Of a DNA stretch of 64,000 bases, positions 52,876 through 64,000 are shown piece after piece (positions within the stretch are counted from its first letter, which is position 1; the number at the start of each line of letters is the position of its first letter). This stretch comes from Octopus bimaculoides (Eukaryota): contig NC_068987.1 of NCBI RefSeq assembly GCF_001194135.2, forward strand, positions 108,058,772 through 108,122,771, written 5' to 3'. Below the pieces are notes generated by a model, which did no database searches, had not been told where the DNA came from, and saw only the letters and a program-made list of their open reading frames with translations. Both the position numbers and the translations under genes were made by a program.

Positions 52876-53834
52876 TTCTTTTAGAGTCAAAAATACAGAA
52901 GGCAATGGCAAACAACAAACGAGTAGCGGCGGAGGTAATTTACAAGGCCTAAATTACCCTCACTGGCGCGATCGACCATAAAAGCAAATTAATTTATTGG
53001 TAGCAATAAATATAAAGAAGAACGCGAGGCATCAAAGTAACAACAAAATATTATCCGTAAAAGAGAAAGGCAGCAACGCAGGTTCATTCGAGGTCAATCA
53101 AGCACACCCCCACCACACGCACGCACCCACGCATGCACACACAGGTGAGATCGGATTACTCTGAAATACGAAAGAGGAGTGTCTTCTTCCACTCCGTGCG
53201 CCCAGCCATGAGACAAATATTTATTGTGTATTTATTTATCCTTTTCTCTATGATAGTGCTTCCGCTATCATCACTATCATCTTCAACTAATCTGTGAAGA
53301 AATTCACTGGGATTTTGCCAGTGAATGAAAACATTTGACTTTAAACATTTCAACAGCGTTACCCCACAATAGATCCATCCCATAATCAGATCCTTACAAA
53401 AGAGAAAAAAATCAGTGGTTCGATTTTCACAAGAATAGTTGGAGCCATCAAGAGCTTGTTAAGCAATGTTCAACACAGATCCTACATCTCAACAATGCAC
53501 GGACACTGGATAAATGCTTCCAAGACGGTTTTGTCACTCTAAGCCAGTGGTACTCAACCAAGAGGAATATGACCCTTGGTGGGCCACTTATGATTTTGTT
53601 TTTAAAATGTATGTGCATTAATTGGTTATCATTTCTAAATACACAAAATATTGTAATCATTTTAAATTTATACAGCGTGCAGTGTCCACATGATGACATC
53701 CCAGATTTCAAGCACCTATCGACGGCCAGCTCAAGAACCAAGTCTTCTTCTCAGACAAGCAGAGGCGCTGTATATCATAGTAACTAATTACAAAAATTAC
53801 AGTTCTATATTTAAGAAATGAAGAATTAAGTACA

Positions 53835-54029
53835 TAATTTACATTATTTACATTATTTACATTTGACGAATATTTTTCCTCATCGTGTGTGTTGTTAACA
53901 CAACGTTTCGGCTGATATACCCTCCAGCGTTCATCAGGTATGCTGGGGAAATTTCGAACCTGGGTTCTCATTCCTAAGGTATTTTTTGATGTTGTAATTA
54001 TTATCATTATTATTATTATTATTATTATC

Positions 54030-54060
<31 letters not shown>

Positions 54061-54129
54061 TCACTGCCTGGAATCGAACTCGGAATCTTGATTACTACTC
54101 CGCGCTCTTAGCCACTACGCCATATACCC
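53835..54129 (-). mobile_element. tRNA-headed SINE with internal (AAT)n and a 3' minimal hammerhead motif (left arm)
   Basis: Minus strand: A-box TGGCGTAGTGG, B-box GAGTTCGATTCC, (AAT)n, then CATAC-CTGATGA-A-CGCTG-gagggtatat-CAGCC-GAAAC-GTT-GTGTT, then a tail of AATGTAAAT repeats. Confidence 0.85.
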
Positions 54130-54131
54130 GT

Positions 54132-54167
54132 GGCATATGGTATAGTGGTTAAGGTTCCAGGCAGTGA

Positions 54168-54236
<69 letters not shown>

Positions 54237-54408
54237 TAACAACAACAACAATAACAACAACATCGAAAAATACCTTAGGAATGAGAATCCAGGTTCGAAA
54301 TTTTCCTAACACACCTGATGAAGGCCCGAGGGCATATCAGCCGAAACATTGTGTTAGCAGCAAACAAGATGAAGACAAGTATCCGTCAAATATAAGTAAT
54401 GTATAAAC
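54132..54408 (+). mobile_element. Second copy of the hammerhead-tailed SINE, head-to-head with the first and with its B-box deleted (right arm)
   Basis: GGCATATGGTATAGTGGTTAAG joined directly to GTTCCAGGCAGTGACCTG(AAT)n..., then ACAC-CTGATGA-A-GGCCC-gagggcatat-CAGCC-GAAAC-ATT-GTGT. Confidence 0.85.
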
Positions 54409-54489
54409 ATGTAGTAGGATCTTTAAAACATGGAATAGCTCTATGAATCCAGACGAGTAAAGCAGAAATCTAAGGGATCCTTAGTTAAA

Positions 54490-55317
54490 AATATTCCTTT
54501 CTAATATAGGCACAAGGCCTGACATTTTGGGGGAGGGGGCCAGTCGATTAGATCGACCATGAACGCAACTGGTACTTAGTCTATCGACCCCGAAAGGATG
54601 AAAGGCAAAGTCGACCCCGGCGGCATTTGATCTCAGAACGTAAAAACAGATGAAATACCTATTTCTTTACTGCCCACAAGGGGCTATACACAGAGGGGAC
54701 AAACAAAGACAGACAAACGATTAACTCGATTACATCGACCCCAGTGCGTAACTGGTACGTATTTAATCGACCCCGAAAGGATGAAAGGTTAAAGTCGACC
54801 GCGGCGGAATTTGAACTCAGAACGTAACGACAGACGAAATACCGCTAAGTATTTCGCCCGACGCGCTATCGTTTCTACCAGCTCGCCGCCTTCAAACAGA
54901 TGAAATACCGCTAAGCGTTTCATCCGGCCTAGTAACGATACTGCCAATTAAAAATAATCTTTTCTACCATAGGCACATGGCCTGTAATTTTGTGGGGAAG
55001 TGACAAGTCGTTTAAATCGACACCAGTACTCAGGATGTACTTAATTTATCGTCCCGAAAGGATGAAACGCAAAGTCGACATCAGCGGAATTTGAACTCAA
55101 AACGTAAAGACAAACGAAATAATGTGCTTTGAAATATTCTTTTCTACTCTAGGCACAAGGCCAACATTTTTAGAGAGGGGGCCAGTCGATTAGATCGACT
55201 CCAGTACGCAGCTGTTACTTAATTTATCGACCCCGAAAGGATGGAAGCCAAAGTCGACCTCGGTGTAATTTGAACTCAGAACGTAAAGACAGATGGAATG
55301 AGATGCTTTGAAATATT
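54490..55317 (-). mobile_element. Cluster of four SINE family A copies, including a nested insertion with a 16-bp TSD
   Basis: The copy at 54660-54893 interrupts another copy and is flanked by AAACAGATGAAATACC (54644-59 and 54894-909). The copy at 55139-55303 is flanked by TGCTTTGAAATATT (55125-38 and 55304-17). Confidence 0.9.
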
Positions 55318-55727
55318 GAAATAGCTAATACGGTATTGCTATTATATGAGAGTTGTTTGTATTTATTTGACCTTACAACACTCAGATTCACTAGTTTTAT
55401 AATGAGAGGCGTTCCAATCGTGACAATCCTATTTTATTAGTAACCTCTATAATTACATTATCTGCTGCAGTAGTTCCAAAATTAGTTGCAACAATTTTTT
55501 TGGTATGAAGCTTGTTGATTCTTATTTTAGTCTACAGGACTCTTATAAACATTCGACGTTTAAGAGACTCCTATTGCATTTTTATAATTAAATATTATTC
55601 GGAATCGTATATAAATAGTTTTGGTATTGTAGAATCATAACTAATTTTATTGCACATAAACTTACCCAACAAAATCTTATATAGAAACATCAAACCCCCC
55701 AGAGACAGAAGCTCCACAGCTGAGAAT

Positions 55728-55788
55728 TACTGATGTGTCTATGTATTTCCTACTGATGTGTCTATGTATTTCCTACTGATGTGCCTAT
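55728..55788. repeat. Minisatellite, 23-bp unit x ~2.6
   Basis: TACTGATGTGTCTATGTATTTCC twice, plus a partial third unit. Confidence 0.9.
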
Positions 55789-56199
55789 TGTCTGTATGCG
55801 TATCCTACGGCGGAGTGTATGATCTGAGAAGGATTTAGTAACTACTTGAAGCAGGTCAAGCAACTAGATAAGAAGCTCATATCCACTGCAGAAGCGGGTG
55901 ACATGGACTTAGTAAGAACATAACAGTTCATTTGAGTGTTATCATGTACAACAGGACCAACGAACAGCAGAAAATATGAAATCCGTTCAGATATTTCACA
56001 TCTTCTCTCTAAGCATCAGAATTTAAAATAAAGGACAAACATACGTCCAGCGGATTATTGAGACGGAGAATTGAGTAGAATAACCTTTACATTCCGTGGA
56101 TTAAACTCTGTCTGTAAAGAACAATTTATTTTCAGATAATGTGCTTCAGAAAAACACACCGAGAACATAGAATTAAACAAAACTTTACGGCATCATATG

Positions 56200-56242
56200 T
56201 ACATATGTATGTGTGTGTGCGCGCGCGGGTGTGCGTGCGTGC

Positions 56243-56288
<46 letters not shown>

Positions 56289-56301
56289 ATATAATTATGT
56301 A

Positions 56302-56343
<42 letters not shown>

Positions 56344-57010
56344 TATATATGTGTATATACGTATATATGTATATGTGAATACAGATAAATAGAAATAAAC
56401 ATGTATTCCTGCATCCATAAATATAAACACATTCATATGTATATACACATGCATAACAATGTGTGTTCGCACGCAAGCGTTTTGTGTGTGTATATGTGCG
56501 TGTGTGCACATCTCTGTATGTGCATCTAAGTATGGATGCCAATAAATATTACATGCAGAAATTTTCGTTTTATCAAGGTATTATTAGCATTCAAACAATG
56601 TTATTGACGTGCGTGTGTATATACATTAATACATGCATAAATATATACATCCTTTTGTGTTGACCGTGTTGCGTTATTCTATGTCACACATTGTGTTAGC
56701 TCGTGTGCATATACCTGCACATGTTTTTATGGCGATGTCTATCTGCGTGTGTGTATGCGTGTATGTGCGTGCGTGGTGTGTGTTTATGTGTGGTTGTGCT
56801 TGTTACTTCATGTATTTAACAATTAATATTCACAAGCATAGCACATATATGTGTATGTATATACACGTGTACCTGTCTATAGTGCTATTGCATATTCCCA
56901 TATATGTGTGTCTGTGCACTTTTGTGTGTCTATGTATCGATACATGTTTACGTGAGTGTTTGTGTGTATGTCTGTGCGTAGTTGCATCGGTGTGTGTCTG
57001 TGAGCGAGTG
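56200..57010. repeat. Extended GT/TA-rich low-complexity region
   Basis: Directly visible. Confidence 0.9.
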
Positions 57011-57486
57011 CTGTGAGTGCTCTTTAGTGGAGAGCTTAGCTAACTAACCTAACTTAAAGATAACATTTTGTTTCTAAGCTATCATGAAGGGTTAGCAGAT
57101 TTGTCTGTTAAGCCTCCACCACAAACATTACTATAACCTTTAATTCTTAACTAAGATCAGGATTAACTCGAACTGTTAACCTTTAGACTGTCTCATCATC
57201 CTTCCCTCACCAACCTCTTCCAGTTTAGCTTTCTTATAAACGTATGTAGCATTCTCCGTTAAATAATTCAAAACAAGCGACAAAGCCGACGAGATAGTCG
57301 GTACGTGGATATTACAGCTGTTACAAAATGCTCTCTAATGGGTGCAGATGTAGCTCTATGGTTAAAACGCTAGATTAGCAATTGCGTTGTGGCGAGTTCG
57401 ATTACAATATGAGTCAACGTGCAGTAGTGCTTTCCACAGTAAGCTCTAATTTACTAGTAACTTACAAGCGGAATTCGATGGAAGAA

Positions 57487-57517
<31 letters not shown>

Positions 57518-57520
57518 TGT

Positions 57521-58394
57521 ACGCACGCATGTATATCATTATTCAGTTTATTTCAAGATTGTTTGCCAATATAGAAAGAATCAGTTTCTAACCTAGATCC
57601 AAGGCTCCTTCATTAGAATTTCAACATCAACAACAGGATATTTTTGTTTGTATGTATGTATGTGCAGATTTGTATGTTTTATGTACGTATACTCAGGCAT
57701 ATAGTTACATATCTAGACATGCTCATATATATTTAAATGATAAACATCTGGAAAGTATTACAGATGTTTATAGTTCCAGTGATGGATTGGATCTCAAGTC
57801 ATCGAATTAGCTTTCTCCTTTCTGGTTTTGAGAAGCCTAATTTCTCAAGATTGGTATTTAGATAGTATGGTGTATATGCCCGAGCCCCAATAATTACAGG
57901 TATAAACCTGAACTTGTAATCTGAATAGAGTAACAGCAGATTTATCAGTAGTTCAGCGTAGGTGTTCTCGTTTTCACTGATCTTCAGCTTTATGTTAATA
58001 TCCGCTGGGCAGCGAATTTCCACAACCGTTTCTCTATCCCAAATCCTTATATCAGGTCTGTTGTGCTTACATTTTATTCAGGTCTTCAGTGGTACATTCC
58101 ACCCGTATTCTTTTTTATTATGAGTGGCTATTGCTTCTACCATAGTGTGGGGTCTTACTTCTTTGTCCTCAGGATGATCCTTCCGACTGATTTCATTACA
58201 CACTGTCCTAGCTACAACATCATATCCTATTGGTAAATAATACTGTGATGACATTTTCGGACAACTGCTTATAATATGGGTGGTATCTGTGAACTCCACA
58301 AAGTCTGCATCGGTTGTCACATTTTTAAGGCTTTTCCTGCATCACTATCCCTTTGTGCATAAGGTACTAGGTTGATATTTCCTGTTCCTGGATT
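57521..58394 (-). mobile_element. 5'-truncated RLE-type (R2-group; R4/NeSL-like) non-LTR retrotransposon: zinc knuckle, endonuclease and 3' UTR
   Basis: Minus strand across lesions: IQEQEIST*YLMHK...CDNRCRLC...THIISSCPKMSSQYY (CCHC-type knuckle, last His decayed), then KHNRPDIRIWD..VVEIRCPAD (RLE PD motif), then FIPVIIGA...LEKLGF. The ORF ends at about 57726. Confidence 0.85.
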
Positions 58395-58610
58395 GTATGT
58401 ATGTAATCAATTTAGCCCTGCCCTCGAATTCGCTGGTCTTAGGCCAAAGTTTCAAACCAATATAAATATGTGTATATCTTTCACCGAGTTATATCTGCGT
58501 GGAAGAAACATAGTCCCTATATCTATATGTGTGTGTGCGTGTTTGTGTGTGTCTATCTTTTACTTGTTCCAGTCATTGGAAAGCGGCCATGATGGAACAC
58601 TGCCTTGAAG

Positions 58611-58649
<39 letters not shown>

Positions 58650-58659
58650 CATAAAGTAA

Positions 58660-58965
58660 CAGCTCTAGCTTAGTGGTTATCGTGTTGCATTCACAATCTA
58701 GCGATCGCGATTTGAATTCCTGGATCGGGTGGTGTGCTGTGTTCTTCAACAAATCCTTTCAAAACCGCTTCGTCTTACGTTGCTATCACCTCGGTATCTA
58801 ACGCGTGGCACACACTGCAATTGTTCAGACAATGTCGATTTCACGGAGAGAGTGATCTAATGTGCGACACGAACCTTTGGTCACTAGACACAAATCATTT
58901 GCGCTGGTCGTTCAGCAAAAGCTGAACGCCCACACGTCGTCTTCGATGGGAGAGTCTGTCGCCAA
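58660..58965 (+). mobile_element. tRNA-headed SINE (family C-like core, different tail)
   Basis: AGCTTAGTGGTTATCG...GATTTGAATTCCTGGATCGGG...CTGTGTTCTTCAACAA; ends in (CA)n. Confidence 0.65.
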
Positions 58966-59107
58966 CACAAACACACACACTCACACACACACACACAAAC
59001 ACACACACACAAACACACACACACTCACACACACACACACTCACACATGTATATATATAGAGTGACACATATTCTAAACGTATTTATGGAAAATAAGTCA
59101 TTTTATA

Positions 59108-59265
59108 ACGAGCTGGCAGAAACGTTGGCACAGGGAATAGAATACTTTACGGAATTTTTTCGGTCTTTACGTTGTGAGTTCAAGTTACGTCGACTTTGCT
59201 TTGTATCGTTTTAGAGTCAATTAAATAAATGATATTTATTTCAGGTATTGTGCCTATAGAAGAAA
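59108..59265 (+). mobile_element. SINE family A copy (degenerate)
   Basis: CGAGCTGGCAGAAACGTTGGCAC...GAGTTCAAGTTACGTCGACTTTGC. Confidence 0.7.
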
Positions 59266-59278
59266 GAATTATTATTAC

Positions 59279-59309
<31 letters not shown>

Positions 59310-59896
59310 GTTGTTGTTGTTGTTGTTGTTGTTATTGATGATTAGTGTGTTTTATTTGAAGGGTCACGTTTTACAAAATTCCGAATAGAAAAATATTTTC
59401 ATCCAGGATTAACTGATGAAAACTTTAAGACATAAAATCACTTTTTTCCTCTCTAGTTCAAAAGCCTTCAGAATACGTCTACGCTGCCTAGAAAAAAATT
59501 GCGTCATCGGTGAACTTCAACTGTTTACACATATTTGACTGTTGGCCAACAATATTTACTCACGTTGTTTGATGGTCACCTCAGAAGAGAGTGGAGTAGC
59601 TGCTCGCTGACGCAGTAGTCGCAATACAGTAATTGAACAAACAACTTAATTTCAAACTACGAAAATTCAAACACACAGAGGAAAAATCAACCGTGACCGG
59701 TTATAAATTATATACAATACAAGACAGATGAGGAGATGTTCGTGCTTGGACGATTAATATTGGTCGGAAAACAGTATTAGTGGCGACCACGAAACATTGA
59801 TACGACTATGTACATAAGGACATCACTAACACCATCATAACAACACCAAAAATTAGAGTGGTTTGCGTACAAATCCAGCAATATCAGGGAATGGTG

Positions 59897-60310
59897 TTAG
59901 GTCGATTACATCGACCCAGTGTTCAACTAATACTTACTTTATCGATGCTTACAGGATGAAAGGTAAAGTCGACCCGGGCGGTATTTGAACTCAGCGTAAA
60001 GAAATGCTGCAAAGTATATTTTCCGGAGCTGTAACGATTCTTCCAGCTCGCCGCCTTAAACAACAACAATAATAATGATATCGATTTCAAATTTTGGCAC
60101 AGGGCCAGTAACTTCGGGAGAGGGAGTAGTCGATTATATGCAGACCAATATTCAAGTGGTACTTAGGGTATCGACCCCCCACATCAGACCCCCGAAAAGA
60201 TGAAAGACAAAGACAACTTTGGTGGAATGTGAACTCAGAACACGAAGACGGACGAATGCCGTTCAGCATTTTGCCCGGCCTGCTCATGATTCTGTCACCT
60301 CGGTGCCTTA
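59897..60310 (-). mobile_element. Two adjacent SINE family A copies
   Basis: GTCGATTACATCGACCCAGTG...CCAGCTCGCCGCCTT, then a second copy from TTTCAAATTTTGGCACAGGGCC...GAACTCAGAAC. Confidence 0.8.
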
Positions 60311-60345
60311 ACAATAATGATTTCAAATTTTTACCATAAGGACGG

Positions 60346-60850
60346 ATCCACTCACAAGGCTTTGGTCGGACCGAGGCTATAGTTGAAGACACTTGGCCAA
60401 GGTGCCACGCAGTGGAATGAACCCGGAAGCATATATATGTATGTGGGAGTGACTGTGCGGAGGCGTAGGAGTGGTGGTGTGGTAAGATGCTTGCTTACCA
60501 ACCACATGGTTCCGGATTCAGTCGCACTGCGTGGCACCTTGGGCAAGTGTCTTCAACTATAGCCTCGGTCCGACCAAAGCCTTGTGAGCGGATTTAGTAG
60601 ACTGAAACTGAAAGAAACTCGTCGTATATTTGTATATATATATATGTGTGTGTGTGTGTGTATGTGTGTGTGTATGTGTCTGTGTTTATCCCCCCAACAT
60701 CGCTTGACAACCGATGCTGTTCTGTTTACGTCCCCATAAATTAGCGGTTCGGCATAAGAGTCTGATAGAATAAGTACTAGGCTTACAAAGAATAAGTCAG
60801 TGCTCCAGCATGACAACAGTCAAATGACTGAAACAAATAAGAGAGTAAAA
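60346..60850. mobile_element. SINE family B full copy (+, ~60455-60850) preceded by an inverted partial copy (-, 60346-60428)
   Basis: Both arms read CTGCGTGGCACCTTGG(C/G)CAAGTGTCTTCAACTATAGCCTCGGTCCGACCAAAGCCTTGTGAG. Confidence 0.9.
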
Positions 60851-61334
60851 GAGTAGGTATATATAGATATATCTGCACACACACACGCACATACGAGCAC
60901 ACACACGTACACACAAAGTAACCTACAATTACTCCACAGACACAACCACACGCGTACACACATACCATACATACATACACACACACACATTGCAAATAAA
61001 ACACATACACACTACATATACATACACGCACACACATACTCCAAACTACCAGTATCTTTCAACTGACCATTCTCCTACGCACATGTGTAGGTAGACACAC
61101 AACAGACAGCCACTCCTACCAAAATTCTTACCATAAATTCTTTCTATAAACTTAAACCATATTAAATCCAACCACACCCATACATAAACAGCCACAACCA
61201 CACACACACACACACACATACATGTGCTATCATTACACACAAATACGCACACACATACCCACACATATCACCTTCTTTCCACTGTCATGTCTTTCAAAGA
61301 ACTTTTTCTTCACCCATTCCCTTCTGGTCATTTC

Positions 61335-61519
61335 AATATGTGACCGCGTGTCTATAGTTGGCGATTTTCTTTCTACGTCTTCCCTTCTTTGGTATTTTTT
61401 CTATATTTCTGATGAAGAGCTCCGCTCGAAACGGAAAATCCTCTTTCTTTTCTTTCCTTTCCTGAGTGTCCAATAACACTATACGTATTCCACGTCCTCG
61501 CGTTGTTGATTTTTCTTGC
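61335..61519 (+). mobile_element. Hammerhead-bearing repeat (Penelope-like tail family), copy 4
   Basis: ATTT-CTGATGA-A-GAGC-TCC-GCTC-GAAAC-GGA-AAAT (61405-39). Flanks GTTGGCGATTTTCT and CCTGAGTGTCC...CCACGTCCTCGCGTTGTTG. Confidence 0.75.
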
Positions 61520-61806
61520 NNNNNNNNNNNNNNNNNNNNNNNNNNNNNNNNNNNNNNNNNNNNNNNNNNNNNNNNNNNNNNNNNNNNNNNNNNNNNNNNN
61601 NNNNNNNNNNNNNNNNNNNNNNNNNNNNNNNNNNNNNNNNNNNNNNNNNNNNNNNNNNNNNNNNNNNNNNNNNNNNNNNNNNNNNNNNNNNNNNNNNNNN
61701 NNNNNNNNNNNNNNNNNNNNNNNNNNNNNNNNNNNNNNNNNNNNNNNNNNNNNNNNNNNNNNNNNNNNNNNNNNNNNNNNNNNNNNNNNNNNNNNNNNNN
61801 NNNNNN
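61520..61806. other. Assembly gap (N-run)
   Basis: Ns; (TA)n on the right side. Confidence 1.
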
Positions 61807-61854
<48 letters not shown>

Positions 61855-61929
61855 TAACTCCATCGTTGCTTGATCTGCGAGAAATAACAGCCAAATCTCT
61901 ATCAATCTACGCTAAAAACTAAAACAAGA

Positions 61930-62048
61930 ACGAAAGGATGAAAGACAAAGTCGACTTCCATGGCATTTGAACTCGGAATGTAAAGACGTGCGAAATGCCA
62001 CGCAGCATTTTGCCTGGCGCGGTAACGATTCTACCAGCTCGCCGCTTT
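61930..62048 (-). mobile_element. SINE family A 5' part
   Basis: GAAAGGATGAAAGACAAAGTCGACTTCC...GATTCTACCAGCTCGCCGC. Confidence 0.8.
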
Positions 62049-62503
62049 AACAAAGGATGACATTGTCTTAAATTCTTTCTTGCGCGTATACGCACTAACA
62101 CACACACACACACAGAGCACACAAAATGTTTAAGACAAGGGATTAACAGCTAGTAAACTAGTACCGCAGGCGAAATTCCAGGGGTTTATTCACGTGGTCT
62201 GTATTTTAAGTATTCACAGCAATACTTAAAATCTGTTTATTAGACATATGATATACAACTTCAGTATATACATAGTTATTCAGAACCACTTTGTATTAGT
62301 ACTTTATAGTTATTAATGTCTGGCATTTAAACCTTGTACTATTATGTACATTTCATCATGCTTATCATACCGTCTTATTTACTAATTGTTTAATTTCTGT
62401 CGGAGGCAGACTACATGGTTTTCAGAATTTAGTTCTATGAATAAGATAGTAGAAGCCGTCTATTCAAATTTTCAGAAGTATTTATGTTTGTGCCTGTATG
62501 CAT

Positions 62504-62544
<41 letters not shown>

Positions 62545-64000
62545 TCTTTTTGTGTGTAATTACGTGTATATTCACAAGTGATTAGCGTTGTATAACACCA
62601 AGGAATATAACTCGAAACTAGTCGATTCAACTAACTGAAAATAGACAATGCTTGATCGAAGAATTTGTATTTGTTTTATATTTCCATGGCTTAGTCAAAG
62701 TGGAAGAGGAGTATCCATGATGTTTGAGAAGTGTCTCAGATACTATTGGGACACCAAGAAACAATGAAGAAATTATAACTCGTGGGTAGGTTTTCCTGAG
62801 ACTGAACACCGGCCACAAAGTGTCCTGAATACATGCAGGCAAAATGGACTCAACTCAACTTACCCGAGGACAAAATTATGGTATTAAATGGATGTTTCTT
62901 ATGTTCACCACCTATCCAAGAACATGTACGCTTAACTGTACATCAACAGACCCACGCATTGATTCCGTCTACTGAATTACTGAGAAAATTTGAATCGAAT
63001 TGTGTTTATAGTATATTTGTCCAAAGGGTCGATTACCGAATCCTGTTATTTTGAAGCTATTTACTTAATAACACTGTTCCATCTTAATCGCTCATTCCGC
63101 AAGCGGTTGTATAAAATTGAATAAAGCTTTCTCAGCCTCCATAGAACACATATTGAAGATGACGAGTTTTATCTACCGACTGGCAAATCTCACGAGTCAT
63201 TACATGAACATACAATTATCACTGGTAATGCCAACCAGTGATACGAAGCTTTAGCTTACTTTTAAAAGTGATGGCCGATGGAATCGGAGGAGCGCTCGCT
63301 ATAATTAATGTGAACCGATATTTTAGTTGCATTGTTGTAGAAAATGAGCCAGAAAGCCTTGTCAGTCGGCATCAATTATGCCATACATTATTCTGAGGCT
63401 AAATTAAATTAAATAGCACTCATGTACTTGATTTTGTTAAATCGGTTGTTTTAAGTTTAGAAATCAGTATTTAGTGTCAATGAGCAATGTTCAAAGATAA
63501 AACCTAACCCCACTTGAATTTGATTTCTATCTCATTCATGTCTATAGGTGGTGCTATGTTATTGAGCATTGTGCTTCCCATACCCGTGGTCATGGATAGG
63601 AACACTATTGCGTAGTTCAATGGCTGAGCATATTTTTCTAAAGCTTCAGATCGACTCAAATTGTGAAGGAATTAAGCAGACGGAAATGTGTGGATGTCTG
63701 TTGAGTGATTCTACTTCGCACTAGGTGTTTGTAAATTTTTTTTTTATGATCACTACGGATCTAATTTACAGAGATGATACAAAGACAAATACAAACAAAT
63801 GTACAAAATGTATGAAGTTCTTTTTTTAAAAATTTTTTACGATGTTTTTATAAAATTTAAAAAACGATGACTTTGAATATTCAGACATACATATGCATGC
63901 ATACCCACACACATCTATATAAACATATATATATATACACATATATACATACATACATACATACATACACACACACACATACCCATACATACGCCTACAC

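Noticed and set aside
52512-52918. Acidic poly-E/D ORF and antisense His-rich ORFs
   Set aside because: Degenerate trinucleotide tract with no splice or homology support.
53302-53326. Perfect 9-bp hairpin ATTCACTGG/CCAGTGAAT
   Set aside because: Isolated short hairpins are expected by chance; too short for a miRNA precursor.
53545-53562. CAGTGGTACTCAACC, a hAT-like terminus
   Set aside because: No matching opposite terminus or 8-bp TSD found.
54490-55317. Repeat-spacer appearance resembling a CRISPR array
   Set aside because: Units are ~200-bp diverged SINEs with TSDs in animal DNA; no cas genes.
59564-59656. Minus-strand 93-nt exon-like segment with a good acceptor and GTGAGT donor
   Set aside because: Stops in all three frames; at most a non-coding exon, with no other support.

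Overview
AT-rich animal genomic DNA from a draft assembly, dense in microsatellites, with 7 N-gaps that each abut (TA)n on at least one side. The repeat landscape (several high-copy tRNA-headed SINE families, extreme microsatellite load) suggests a coleoid cephalopod, probably Octopus; this is inferred from repeat style, not shown. I see no intact multi-exon gene, rRNA, true tRNA or CRISPR array. Recognisable coding remnants are all transposon-derived: a CMC/Chapaev-like transposase C-terminus (11.6-12.6 kb), a Tc1-like transposase end (23.8-24.2 kb), two RTE-clade LINE fragments (38.7 kb, 50.7-51.6 kb) and an RLE-type non-LTR element (57.5-58.4 kb). The most interesting signal is a set of seven hammerhead-ribozyme-like motifs in three architectures. 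One is a full-length type I hammerhead with an extended stem I (25.6 kb). Four are minimal Penelope-type hammerheads in one ~150-bp repeat family whose stem I sequences differ between copies but still pair. Two sit in the 3' tails of a head-to-head pair of tRNA-headed SINEs (53.8-54.4 kb). A few short plus-strand exon candidates with good splice signals (30.1, 34.8, 41.2, 52.9 kb) suggest the window may lie within a long-intron gene. All folds and alignments were done by eye, and most repeat boundaries are approximate.
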